Below are positions 16,403 through 30,199 of a DNA stretch of 64,000 nt, piece after piece. The position numbers were made by a program, and so were the translations under genes. The DNA comes from Eledone cirrhosa (Eukaryota), in contig OZ024761.1 in NCBI GenBank assembly GCA_964016885.1, positions 28,396,001 to 28,460,000 on the forward strand, in the 5' to 3' direction. The notes below the pieces were generated by a model. It searched no databases, was not told the origin of the DNA, and saw only the letters and a program-made list of their open reading frames with translations. Numbering within the stretch: the stretch's first letter is position 1; every line of letters begins with the position of its first letter.

Positions 16403-16911
16403 CCTGCAGACAAACAGGTGGGTGGACACATTGATATGGAGTACAGCCAGCTATATCGGCCATTCTCTTTAACTTCTTTTGTTACCTTGTTTGTTTTGTT
16501 TTTATGATTTATTTTTGTTCTTGCTTTGAGAGGAAAACTTTGTCAAGACTTTAAGAAAGAAATTTCAAACCATTTTTCATTTTTGCTTTTTATAAATACT
16601 ATTTTCTAATTGTGAAGGGTTGCAGTGCCATGTTGGTGAGGGATCTAGCAGGGAACAGATGTTATAGACGTCCTTTGTACCAAATATCTGTTTATATTTT
16701 GCCTGCCATGATCCAGTAATTGATGGCGTAAGCCTTAAGTCCTTTGTGTGAATTACATCATAATCTGATGACGTGTGACAGTTGGCCATAGAAATACGTA
16801 TCTTGATTTTGCAATATTAAAAAATATTTGGAATCCGGGCCTCTTTTTTCATATCATCATCATCATCATCAACGTTTAACGTCCGTGTTCCACGCTTGCA
16901 TGGGTTTGGAC

Positions 16912-16964
<53 letters not shown>

Positions 16965-17012
16965 CACACACACAGATATATATGTGTATATATATATATA
17001 TATATACACACA

Positions 17013-17115
17013 TACAGGGTACCCGAAAAATGTATACACACTTCAACAGGATTCTAATAAATATTTCATTTACAGATAATCAAAGTGTGTATATATCTTT
17101 TTGGGACATCCTATA
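17013..17115. mobile_element. ~100-bp Tc1/mariner-type MITE
   Basis: TA-flanked imperfect TIRs cagggtacccgaaaaatgtatacacactt / aagtgtgtatatatctttttgggacatcct. Confidence 0.6.
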
Positions 17116-17152
17116 TATATCACACACGCACACATATATCTCTATATATATT

Positions 17153-17183
<31 letters not shown>

Positions 17184-17246
17184 GTGTGTGTGTGTGTATA
17201 TATATATATATGTATATGTGTATATATATATATATATGTATATGTG

Positions 17247-17277
<31 letters not shown>

Positions 17278-17490
17278 GTGTGTATATATATATATATGTA
17301 TATATATATACATATATATAGAGATAGATAGATATTAAACACATTGCTAATTTTATATTTAATAAATCTCTCAGTTCTGTAATGAGGGATTCTTTTTAAA
17401 TCAAGAAAGAAATACTAATTAACTTATCTGCTGTAGAAATTGGATTAGAGTTAACCACCTCCCCATTGTGATATATATATACACACACAG

Positions 17491-17523
<33 letters not shown>

Positions 17524-17532
17524 CACACACAG

Positions 17533-17565
<33 letters not shown>

Positions 17566-17700
17566 CACACACAGACACACACTCACACACATATATATAT
17601 ATATATATATATACATGCAGAGAAAGAAATATCATTTGAATACAGACCAAAGCGCACATGTGCTTTACTGCAATCACCATCACCATCACACAATATGTGC

Positions 17701-17757
<57 letters not shown>

Positions 17758-17944
17758 TGTGTGTGTGTCTGTGTGTGTGTCTGTGTGTGTAAATGCATGT
17801 GTGGGATATATTTCACACAAAATACTTAGACAGTATAAATTGATTTATACACATATATGATTACCAAGCTTAATATGTAAAAACAAAACAAATCAAAAAC
17901 AACACTACAATAACAATAATAACAATAATAACAATAACAATAAA

Positions 17945-17984
<40 letters not shown>

Positions 17985-19078
17985 GCAATAATAGCAATAA
18001 TAGCAATCTGATTGTTAGAGCATAATACTTGAGTATAAACAATTCCTGCATCCACAATATTTAGATTTCAAATCATCATCATCATCATCATCATCAACAT
18101 CATCATATTTATTATCATTATCTTTATTATTATCGTCATCATCATCTTTATCTTCATCATCATCATCATCATCTTTATCGTAATAGTCATTATCATCATA
18201 TGTATCATTTAACATCTGCTTCCTCAGCTATCATGGTTCGACGGGGTTTGTCACAGAATAATTAGCCAGTACTTAATCATAGCTTCCATACCCCCCAGAC
18301 AGGCTGATGATCTGCTTTTTGCATCCTCCACTCACCCTGTTTATTAATTTTTCAGATATTTTCCAACCCCACCACATATTACATTTTGTTAATCTATCTC
18401 CGGCAAAATTTTATTTTAAGTTCGAGCATTCCTGTGATAATTTTCTTCAAACATCAAAAATCATTATACATGACAAAAAATGTACATTACTAGAAATACC
18501 AGGCGTTATAAAATAAATAGGATGAGTAGGGGTCTCAATATATAAACTAAATGACTAATTCTGGTTTCTAAAAAAGAAATCAACAGAGACAACCTAGAAA
18601 AATTATGGATTTTTGCTCCCTCTCCTTATTATTTGGGACCCAAGATTTGTTATGTTTCCACATGATGCAGTGTGATTTAGGTGCATTTTATTATGGCAGC
18701 AGTAGTAGGGAGGTTGTCATGTCTTTGACAGCTGAAGAGCCCTCTCTTTTTGCTTGTCAAGTTTTCTATGACTAGATGCTTTTTCTACCATCAAACACTT
18801 TACAGAGTGTATTGAGTGCACTTTATCATGTTGCCAACACTAGATAGGTTGTCTTGCCCTTGCTGCAGTTGGAAAGCCCTCTCGACCATTTCAGATAGAA
18901 AACTAAACACTGCACTCAATACAAATGTGGTTGCTTAATTTGGAGGTAATATGTATTTTTAGTAAACTCACAATTTACTCTTGCTGTGGAAAATAAATGC
19001 TATCATAATACCACAGGCTAGAAAACAACATTAATCTGTCTTGCTTCAGCTTTCCTTAAAACTTTCATCAGAAATTGT

Positions 19079-19312
19079 TTAACCCTTTTCGCATTCACAT
19101 TACTCTATATTTACTATTGTATTTTTACAGAAAAGGTTTATCTCACATAAATATCTCACATAATATCGAATCTATGAGATTTTATTATTATTTATTTCGA
19201 GAACAAAACCTTAACGTTGGTATGAGCGGCCAGTTATGATTGGTTTGAACATAAATAAGTAGAGAATTCTGGCTGGCCGGATATGGTCTCAGTTTAAATG
19301 CTAAAGAGTTAA
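19079..19312 (-). mobile_element. TTAA MITE copy 5
   Basis: ttaaccctttt...ctaaagagttaa; family body. Confidence 0.85.
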
Positions 19313-20373
19313 CCAGCTCTTGTCCACAGACAGAATATGAGCTTATAACTAATTATAGTGTCCACAAGGAACTCATTTGACCATCTTTTGTCCACAGAGA
19401 GAATATCAACTTATCAGTAATTATGTTTATTGATTCAAGCAGAACTAAACTGATTTGTCTAATTTGCATAACAGTGCATGAGCTGGGAGCATGAATTAAT
19501 TAATTGGTTAATGGCTCATTACACAGCAGATTTTTTTTTCCGCAGGGGTTTGGGGGTGGTGAAGGTGATAATTTGAAATAATAGGTAAACCTTATGGAAA
19601 GTCGTTATTTTTTCTTTTTTTGTAAGCATGCAATGTAACCTCGCTGTGGAAATTGAATGAAGTGATCACACCACAGGTGTTTTTCTCAATGGCCAGGTAA
19701 ATAGATTGCTTCTAACGCTTATCTTATATTACAAATTATCCTAAATTAATGCTTTGTAGCATTCCTGTGTGTTTATATATGTGTGTGTCTGTAGGTATGT
19801 GTGCACATGTTTGTGTGTGCATGCATGTATGTATGTGTGTTTGTGTGTAAATGTGTGTGTGTATGTAGGTAAGTGTGTGTGTGTTTGTGTGTAAGTATGT
19901 GTTTTTGCGTGTAAATGTATGTATGAGTTCAGATGTGAGTGTGTGTGTGTGTGTTGGTGTATATATGTACATGTGTGTGTGTATGTACCTGTTTGTAAGT
20001 TTGCATGTGTATGTATGTTTGTGTGTGTGTATGTATGCAGCATGTATGTATGTGTATATGTACATGTGTGTTTGTGTGGGTGCATGTATGTGTTTGCCTC
20101 TATCTCTCTATGTATATGTATGTGTGTTGTCTTTGTACAATTGTTCCCCTTAAGCTGCGGCAACCAGAGAACAGTTCTAGGAATCTCACAACAGTTTCTT
20201 TTAATGTATAGAGACATATACACATCCTCAGTCGGGTAGGAAAAACAAGACAGACAGACAGACACATAGACAGACAGACAGACAGACAGACACATAGATA
20301 TACAGACATACAGACAGACAGACAAATAGACAGACAGACAGACAGACAGACAAATAGATAGACAGACAGACAA

Positions 20374-20404
<31 letters not shown>

Positions 20405-20444
20405 AATAGATAGACAGACAGACAGGCAGAGAACAGACAGACAA

Positions 20445-20475
<31 letters not shown>

Positions 20476-20695
20476 AATAGATAGACAGACAGACAGACAA
20501 ATAGATAGACAGACAGACAGGCAGAGAGACAGACAGACAAATAGACAGACAGACAGACAAATAGATAGACAAACAGACAGAGAAGCACACTGCCACATGG
20601 ACCAACATATAGATAGACAGACAGACACACAGACAAGTACACTGCCACATGGACCAACATATAGATAGACAGACTGCAACACAAACAGATAGATA

Positions 20696-21771
20696 AATTT
20701 CTTTATTAGCCACGAGGGCACTAAAGAAGGGGACAAATACAAATGGGGAGTTTACATACAGGTATATGAAAATAAAACTATTAATAAAATAACAAATAAC
20801 AATTGAAATCCTCAATAGGGGGAGGCATTACACAGGGGTTGTACACCCCCCCCCAAAATGTACAACCCTCATCTCCCGGAGCACCAAGAGTGAATACTCC
20901 CTTCCTCTCTTCCTATTTTTCCTCAAGCTACAGGCTTATATAGAGAGAAGGCCCAACCACTCGGGCCATCTTTGCCACATTCACCCACCTTTTATAAAAT
21001 TTGCTGGGGTACAGCACCTCTCTCTCCATCCTGATTCTTCTTCCAAAATGATATTTGAAAAAACGAATCAGTTGCTCGCCGGAGATAAAGGTGTCTGACC
21101 TCAGCCCTTTTAACCTCGTCCACCATAGCCATAACACATAGGAAAACCACCTCTCCCTCGTTTTTGAAGGAGGGTGGTGGTTTGATCATGACAATGGACT
21201 CGGTGGTCAACTGGATTGGTCCCACCCGTGACAATAGTCATTCTACATAGCCCCACAGGTCGGTAACGCCCGGGCAGTGTACAAATGTGTGTGCGACGGT
21301 TTCCTCGTCGCGCACGCATCTCGGACAGATCTTTTTCGAGGGTCCCTGCCCAGGGGCCCGTGTCTGTAGAGCTTGTCTCGAACTGGTAGAGCTCTTCAGT
21401 AGCACTGCCAGGCCAGGGACTTTTGGAAGTTGTCCATTGGTCCCGGGCGGAAAGTCCTACTGAACAGACTGGCCAGTTCGTCCTCCTCTACGCCTAGAGT
21501 TTCTCCGAGCGCGTCGTCACACTTGCTGCGGACCAGCCCTCTATAGAATGTCGAAATGGAGTCTCCACTGATTGCCGGGTCCGTTCACCAGAGGACTGTG
21601 AGCGCCTGAGCACATTCGATATGCCAGTCGCCCGTTTTCCTCGGTCTTTGCTTGACCCAGCACTGCAGCTCGGTCAGTGAGACGAGTCGTGGGAAGGCTC
21701 GCCTCACGAACGGGGCCCACACTGGTTGTCCGGTGAGGAATACGTGGAGTTGCCGTAGCCTGAGCGCGATA
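20696..21771 (-). mobile_element. 5'-truncated L1/Tx1-clade LINE inserted in (GACA/GATA)n
   Basis: Minus strand encodes the CCHC finger CPRCVRDEETVAHTFVHCP and C-terminal WWTR...FYKRW; AATAAA at the 3' end; 13-bp TSD aaacagatagata at 20683-20695 and 21772-21784. Confidence 0.8.
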
Positions 21772-22037
21772 AAACAGATAGATAGACAGACAGACAGACA
21801 GTGTGCTGCTGCTGCTGTGTGGTATTTCAATTCTATTTTACATTTTTGAAACTATCTAATTATCAAGTAAGAAATTAGAAAACTGCTGTTTTAATTTAAT
21901 TATGCAAAAAAAAAAGAAAGAAAAACAAATCGAAAAAAAAAACAAAAAAAAACAAAACAAAACAAAACAAAAATTAACAAAAAAAAAAGAAAAAATGCTT
22001 CTGCATATCTGATTTGGTGAGAATATTCTTGAAAGGA

Positions 22038-22252
22038 CCATCATCACCATCACCATCATCAAAACTATCATCATCACTACCAACATCATCATTATCACTA
22101 CCATTATCATCATCACTACCATCATCATCATCACCACCATCATCATTATCATCATCACTACCAACATCACCACCATCATCATCACTACCAACATCATCAT
22201 CATCGTCGTTATCATCACTATCATCATCATCATCGTCATTATTATCATCATT

Positions 22253-22283
<31 letters not shown>

Positions 22284-23290
22284 CCATCATCACTACCACT
22301 ATCATCACCACACTATCATCATCATCACCATTATCATCATCACCACCATCACTAACATCACTGTCATTATCATCACCACCATCATCATCAAGACCATCAC
22401 CACCATCATCATCAAGACCATCACCACCATCATCATCAAAACCATCACTGCGACCACCACCACCACCTCCACCACCACCACCACCACCACCACCACCACC
22501 ACCACCTCCACCACCACCACCACCACAGTAAAGCACAACATATTCTAATTAATCAGCACAGACAGAGAAATAATCTTTAGACACTTCAAAGATGAGGTAT
22601 GAAGGGGAGGAAGATAGAGAAGAGAGGGGGGGAGAGAGAGGGTGACGGAGGGAGAGGGGAGTCAGACAGGTGGGGGGTGAGAGGGTGAGGGTAAGAGAGA
22701 GAGGGAGAGGGAGGAAGAGAGAAGAAAACAGTATGAAGAAGAGAAAGTAACGAGTAAAGAGAAGAGAGGGAGAGGTAGGTAGGAGAGAGGTAGGTAGGAG
22801 AGAGAAGGGGAGAGTAAGATAAAGAGGAGTGAGATAAATAGAATGAGATAAATAGAGAGTGACAGAGAGAGGGTGAGGGTAAGAGAGAGGGAGTAAGAGG
22901 GGGTGAGAAAGAGAGGGAGCGAGATGGAGTAAGAGGGGGTGAGAAAGAGATGGAGCGAGAGGGAAGGAAGAGAGTAGAAAGCAACATGAAGAGGAGAGAG
23001 TAAGTGATGAGAGGTGAGAGAGAGGGGGGAGAGGTGAAAGCAAAAGAGGTGAAATCAAGTTAAAGAGAAGAGAGGGAGAGGTAGGAGAGAGAAGGGGAAA
23101 GGGGAGAGTAGGATAAAGAGAGAGAGAGAGATAAGGGGAGACAGAGATATATAAAGGGAAGAGTGAGAGAGAGATAAGGGGAGAGCGATATGTATATAAG
23201 GAAGAAGGTGCGAGAGAGAAAGAGTGAGAGACAAAAAGAAAGAGAGAAGGGGAAGAAAAAGAGAGCGAAAAAGAAAGACAGACATGTGAG
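22038..23290. repeat. (CAT)n/(ACC)n and GA-rich low-complexity tracts
   Basis: Simple sequence. Confidence 0.9.
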
Positions 23291-23329
23291 AGAGATGCGG
23301 AGAAGTGATAGAGATAAGCAGAAGAATAA

Positions 23330-23635
23330 AACAGCACAGCTGCCATGACTTTCGGAAACATTTTTTCATGCTCAGAGTTGCTGAAGCATGGAACAAACTG
23401 CCTGCATCAGTTGTTATCTGCCGAGACACTGCATCCTTTAAAACCCTCGTGCTTCCCGAAATTCGCCAAAACTACACCTGATGTCCCCCTTCCATACACA
23501 TGCACACATGTGTATATCATGACTCATGCACTGTTCATTTTCCTGACGTTTGTACATTACTCTATGTACAATACATACACTTTTGATGAGTTGTAGTGCA
23601 CCTGAGCACTGTACACAATTTTTTCGTTATTATTA
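23330..23635 (+). mobile_element. CR1/L2-group LINE 3' end
   Basis: HDFRKHFFMLRVAEAWNKLPASVV...FK motif, then 3' UTR ending (ATT)n; second copy at 57771-58026. Confidence 0.8.
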
Positions 23636-23661
23636 AATGAGAGAGAACAATGTGGACTTAC

Positions 23662-23730
23662 CTTGATTTCCTTTTACATCTGTGTTGTGGAGAAGCAGAC
23701 CCTGATGACACACTGGATTCCCGGGAGATA
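23662..23730 (-). CDS. Isolated 69-nt internal coding exon of an unidentified gene (xISRESSVSSGSASPQHRCKRKSx, phase 2-2)
   Basis: Acceptor ccttctgtttgtggtttcag, consensus donor AAG|GTAAGT, length a multiple of 3, open frame with Ser-rich/basic composition. Confidence 0.65.
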
Positions 23731-23821
23731 CTGAAACCACAAACAGAAGGTATTCACAGCTTTAATTTAATGGAAACAGTTATCATAGATGATTTTAATG
23801 GTTAGGCTGAATAGATACAAT

Positions 23822-24266
23822 TTCAGGTCACTCTTGGGTGCTACTGGTAGCATGTAATCCAGTACAACCTGTCACATGGTTGACAGTTTAGTTTTGGACA
23901 CCCTGCAGGACAAAAAACAAAACCTGACAAAGGACGGAAGAACTCACAGGAGTCAATGGCCATCTAAAAATAAAAAAAACCTTCCAAATCAATGGGTGGC
24001 AGTAGTTCCAGCTGCACGCATCGAAAGACTGGTGTAGTGGTTCTGAGAACAATGCCGCTTTGCAGATGATCAATGCAAATTGACAATGGAAAGGTGTTCC
24101 CACTCGAGTTAGAAGAGAACTTTTGACCTTCAGGAGAAGCAGCAACCCCTGATTGTATTCAGCAACCAAAACAAATATGAAATACACCAAATCCAATGCT
24201 CCTAGGGGCAGCCCTGGTTCTTCTTATTTGCGAGTGTAAACTCGGCCAGATTAGATTAGATTAGAT
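23822..24266 (+). mobile_element. Retroposon fragment with (TTAGA)n tail
   Basis: Tail gattagattagattagat; 14-bp near-perfect TSD gaatagatacaatt/gaataaatacaatt. Confidence 0.55.
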
Positions 24267-24430
24267 GAATAAATACAATTAATGGACACAGTGTTGCCAT
24301 ATGCAGTTTAATGGTTAGGCTGAATAAATACAATTAATGGACACAGTGTTGCCATATGCAGTTTAATGGTTCGGCTGAATAAATACAGTTAATGGACACA
24401 GTGTTGTCATATGCAGTTTAATGGTTAGCT
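24267..24430. repeat. 55-bp tandem repeat x3, decaying further to ~25060
   Basis: gaataaatacaattaatggacacagtgttgccatatgcagtttaatggttaggct at 24267, 24322, 24377. Confidence 0.9.
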
Positions 24431-24483
24431 AAATAGATATAGTTTAATAGTTAAGGTTAATAGATACAGTTGTGATATGCAGT

Positions 24484-24709
24484 TTAACGCTTTAGCATTT
24501 ACATTACTCTATATTTTCTATTCTATATTTGTGGTAAAGACTTTATCTTACATAATTATCTCACATAATATCGAATCTATGAGATTTCGATATTTATTTT
24601 GAGAACAATACCTTAACGTCAGTATGAGCAGTCAGTTATGGCCAGTTTGAACAGAAAAGGGGGAGAGAATTCTGGCTGGATACAGCCAGTTTAAACGCTA
24701 AAGGGTTAA
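24484..24709 (-). mobile_element. TTAA MITE copy 6
   Basis: Family match, ends ctaaagggttaa. Confidence 0.85.
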
Positions 24710-25417
24710 TGGTTAGATTTATTATCTATGTTTAATGTCAAGTTTAATTGTGTAGGTTAATGGTTTGGTTTAATGGGTAGGTTTAATAGTTAAGCTTAGC
24801 AGGTGTGTTTAATAGTTAATTTTTATGAATACATAGTTACCATGAAATGGTTAAATAGTTAAATTGAATGGATACATAGTTATAATAGACAATTTAATCG
24901 TTAAGTTGAATAAATATAGAGTTTCTATATATAATTTAATAGTTATGTTTAATGGTCATATATTCATCGTACACAGTTTTAATGGTTAAGTTTAATGGAT
25001 AAAATGTTACAAAAGACAATTAAATAGTTAAATTTAATGGAAATGGAGTTGTCACAATGAAATCTTTAATCTTTAGTCAACTAATACCATCTGTTCCACT
25101 TGGTCTTTCAATTAGAAATTTCACAACCATGACAGAATCTCTACATAATCACTTCAAAGGCTGGATATAGCAGCCAAATAACCCTCAAATAACACACTAT
25201 TGTCTTTCAGAAACAGTAGTAGATATAAATAGACTGTATTTCAAGTAAAAGATGGGATAGTCACTCAAAAAACACTTTTGATCCTAATTCTGCTTACAAT
25301 AGCAAGATTCTGAGGAATACCAGCTTAGCAACAAAGACGCATTTTTGAATGTCTGTATGTATGTATCTACATACATACCTATGTATTTGTATGCAATTAT
25401 ATATATGTGTGTATATA

Positions 25418-25793
25418 TACACATACTTGTTTGCATGAGTTTATATATGTGTGTGTATATATATATATATACAGACTTGTTTGCATGAGTTTATATATGT
25501 GTATATATATATACACACATACTTGTTTGCATGAGTTTATATATGTGTGTATATATATATATATATACACATACTTGTTTGCATGAGTTTATATATGTGT
25601 ATATATATATATATATATACACATACTTGTTTGCATGAGTTTATATATGTGTATATATATATATATACACATACTTGTTTGCATGAGTTTATATCTGTGT
25701 GTATATATATATACACATATTTGTTTGCATGAGTTTATATATGTGTATATATATATATACACACACACATACTTGTTTGCATGAGTTTATATA

Positions 25794-25856
<63 letters not shown>

Positions 25857-26534
25857 ATAATAATAAATTTGAAGACTAAAATCCAAAGGGGGCTCGATAA
25901 GGATAAATATATATCAAATATTTATTAAAATAACAGATTAAAGTTTAAGCAAAAAATCGCTGCTTTCACCCTTAACGGGATCTTCTGAAACTAACAAAGT
26001 CAATCTGTAAACGCAGAAGTGAATATTTCAAAAAACCTTGCAACCGGAGGAAGACAGGAAGACGATACTTTGGTTCGTGGAAACGTTCCCTGGCAAAGAA
26101 CGGGATAAAACGAATATAATACGTCACTATTTGAAGCGGTGAAAAACAATTACACGCAAAGACAAAACCACGTTTATGGTGTAAAAGAAGTCGTAGACTA
26201 ATATTCTATTAGGTGGTTCATAGAGACGTTCTCTGGCAATGAACGGAAAAAATGAAGATAATACCTCATATGTGGAGCGTGGAGAACAATTGCACGCAAA
26301 GACAAAACCACATTTATGGTATAGCTGAAGTCGTAGACTAAAATTCTAACTAGGAAACCGAATGATTCTCGGCTTCAGAGTAAATAAAGTAAATAAAATA
26401 CAGAGGTAAATGAAATTAAATAAATACATACAAGCATCCATATACGTACATACACAAGCATACGCGAAAACACTCGGCATAGGTATACAAATACACGCAC
26501 GTACACAAAAAAAAAAAACACTGCACAAAGCCAG

Positions 26535-26567
<33 letters not shown>

Positions 26568-27212
26568 CATACTTGTTTGCATGAGTTTATATATGTGTAT
26601 ATATATATGTGTATATACACATACTTGTTTGCATGAGTTTATATATGTGTATATATATATACACATACTTGTTTGCATGAATTTATATATGTGTGTGTAT
26701 ATATATATACACAGATACTTGTTTGCATGAGTTTATATATGTGTGTATATATATATATACATACTTGTTTGCATGAGTTTATATATATATATACACACAT
26801 ACTTGTTTGCATGAGTTTATATGTATATGGTGGCTGCCAACTCGTTTTCGAGTACGGCCACTACTTTATATCCATGTAGGAGAACCCCTACTGATGCGCT
26901 GAACGAGTGTGTCATTTTAGTCCAGCCAGCGACTTGAAAACTCTGGTACAAACACTACACTTGTGACAATTATTGACACATAGTGCTAGGCCCATGGTAC
27001 CATGTGACGACAAGTGCAGAGAGATCTCCAGATATAAAGCAATGTCTGTGCCGTGAAGCTTTTATAGTGAGCAAAGGCACTGCACAAAGCCAATTATATA
27101 TATATATATATATATACATACTTGTTTGCATGAGTTTATATATGTGTATATATATATATGTATATACACATACTTGTTTGCATGAGTTTATATATGTGTA
27201 TATATATATACA
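25418..27212. repeat. Minisatellite of 16 constant cores (catacttgtttgcatgagtttat) with variable (TA)n linkers, in three blocks (8+6+2)
   Basis: Cores counted directly; blocks separated by unique inserts at 25855-26520 and 26828-27078. Confidence 0.9.
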
Positions 27213-27321
27213 CTCACATATATATTATTTGTACATGTGTATTAACTTATATAGTTGAATATTCATGTATATATTACAAAGACATGTAGACTACCTTCAA
27301 TTTCAGTACCGGTAAATCAAT

Positions 27322-27510
27322 AATTGTTTTCACTTTTGGCACAAGGCCAGCAATTACCCCACTGCATTACTGGTACTTTATTTTATCGACCCCCCGTAAG
27401 GATGAAAGGCAAAGTTAACCTCGGCGGGATTTGAACTCAGACCGTAAAGGGCCGTAACTCTTTGCTGCAATGCATGGCGTCCGACCCTCTACCGATACTG
27501 CCAATCTACC
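27322..27510 (-). mobile_element. SINE family 1
   Basis: Full-length match to 8983-9169. Confidence 0.9.
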
Positions 27511-27740
27511 GAATCATTAATATCTATGAATGTGAAGTATGTGCATATATTTATATATATATTTACATAAATATATATGTGTGTGTGTGTGTGTGTTATA
27601 TATATATGTATATAAATACATATATATATGTATATTATATATATATAAATGTATATATATATATATGTGTGTGTATATATATATATATATATAAATACAT
27701 GTATATATGTATATTATATATATATATAAATGTATATATA

Positions 27741-27788
<48 letters not shown>

Positions 27789-28004
27789 TATATGTGTGTG
27801 TATATATATATAAATATATGTGTGTATGTGTTCCTTATTTAGCATTAAATATGCACTTGGCAAATGTGATATGCCATTAAGTATGACAGATTTCACTAGG
27901 GCTGTCACTAGAAAGAACACATTACCTTATGTATGACATTGTTCAAAGTATTTACACACCCTAGTTCACTGTTAATTCCTATATATATATGTATGTATAT
28001 ATAT

Positions 28005-28048
<44 letters not shown>

Positions 28049-28172
28049 TTATATATATATATATGTATGTGTATATAAATGTGTGTGTTAATATGTATAT
28101 CTATATATGTGTGTGTGTGTATATATGTGTATGTATATATGCATATATATATATCCTTAATATATACATATG

Positions 28173-28208
<36 letters not shown>

Positions 28209-28365
28209 AATGTATGTATATATATATATATACATACATTTATATATATATATGTGTCTATATAAATGTGTGTGTTAATATGTATATTTATATATATGTG
28301 TGTGTGTGTATATATATGTGTATGTATATATGCATATATATATATATCCTTAATATATACATATG

Positions 28366-28414
<49 letters not shown>

Positions 28415-28419
28415 GTATG

Positions 28420-28536
<117 letters not shown>

Positions 28537-28613
28537 GAGCCAGAATCAGTCCCTGTCCCACCCTTGCAAGCAGGGAAAAAAGCGGACATAAAATGGAATG
28601 ATGATATTCATAC

Positions 28614-28653
<40 letters not shown>

Positions 28654-28756
28654 ATATAAATGTGTGTGTTAATATGTATATTTATATATATGTATGTGTG
28701 TATGTGTATGTATATATGAATATATATATATATATATACCCTTAATATATACATAT

Positions 28757-28817
<61 letters not shown>

Positions 28818-29525
28818 CAATTATAGAATGCTGGTGATGATGATATACATATATCTCACAACATGCAGATTTGTAAGATATATCCTGTGGCTTTGATTTA
28901 CTCGTTATAAGCACATCAACCATCACCATCCTCACCACCACCACCACTAGAAACACCACTGCCGCCATGACAGACACCACTACCACTGTGGCCACCATCA
29001 CTACCACCACCACCATCACCACCACCATCCTTATCATCATCACCCCTTCAACTGCATACAAACATCATGATGAAGCTAACAGATGCTATACCATATATAC
29101 CATCATCCCCATAAATCCACCACCACCACCGACCCAACCCACCATTCCATCCACCCAACCACCACCACCACCACCACCACCACCAGCCCCTGAACTGAAT
29201 TCTATATAGCCATCTCCACCTCTACTAAAACCATCCCTTCCAGCCTTCTTCTGCAGGAAAATCCCCTTGACAAGGTTCAGCATCCACTGTAATCTTCTTT
29301 CCTGAGATCAGAGATAAACTACAGAACTGGGTCTTTAATCTACAGCATCCTACCACTACCACCACCACCACCACCACCACCACCACCACTACCACTACCA
29401 CCACCACTTTTATACTTCTAGAGGAGCCAACCATATGAGCTCAACCTGCTAGAAATAGCAGCAAAATATTTCTCAGTTCTCAAGGTAATGTCTTAAATAA
29501 GGTACAATATGTTGTATTAATTTTT

Positions 29526-29925
29526 AGCGGTGGATTGGCAGTATTGGTAGAGGGGTCGGACACCATGCTTTTTGACGCATAGAATTACGGCCCCTATCAT
29601 TCTGAGTTCAAATCCCGCCGAGGATAACTTTGCCTTTCATCCTTACGGGGTCGATAAAATAAAGTACCAGTAATGCACTGGGTAATTTGCTGGCCTTGTG
29701 CCTAAAGTAGAAACAATTATTTAATGTAGTTAAAGGCGGTGGATTGGCAATATCAGTAGAGGGTCGGACGCTATGCTTTGCAGCATAGAGTTATGGCCCT
29801 TGCCATTCTGAGTTCAAATCACGCATAGGATAACTTTCCCTTTCATCCTCACGGGGTCAATAAAATAAAGTACCAGTAATACACTGGGTAATTGCTGGCC
29901 TTGTGCCAAATGTAGAAACAATTAT
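29526..29925 (+). mobile_element. Two tandem SINE family 1 copies
   Basis: Two full units, each followed by aattatttaatgtagtta. Confidence 0.9.
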
Positions 29926-30199
29926 TTAATGTAGTTAGACACGCTCCTAAAATATTGATGTTGCCATGGATGAGTCGCATCTGATTTAGGATATTCTGGA
30001 TCAAGGTTAGCCTTGGGCTAAACAACATAAACAGTTATAGCTATTGTTGTTGTTGTTGCTTTTCAGGTTATTGTTGTTATTGCTGTGATTAATGTCGTTG
30101 TTGTGGTAATGGTGGTTGTTGTTGTTGTTGTTGTTGTGATAATTACTGTTGTTGTTGTTATGGTGGTTATTGTTTGTGTTTCAGATTATGAAAGCAGCT

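Noticed and set aside
23702-23740. CTGATGA...GAAA hammerhead-like spacing
   Set aside because: No closing stem II pair, no stem III/UH and no stem I; overlaps the candidate exon on the other strand
25940-25995. Minus-strand CAGAAGA-tcccgttaagggt-GAAA-gcagc hammerhead-like relic
   Set aside because: Core mutated and no UH or adjacent stem I; too decayed to call
25418-27212. CRISPR-like repeat-spacer array
   Set aside because: Spacers are only (TA)n of variable length, in a eukaryotic context
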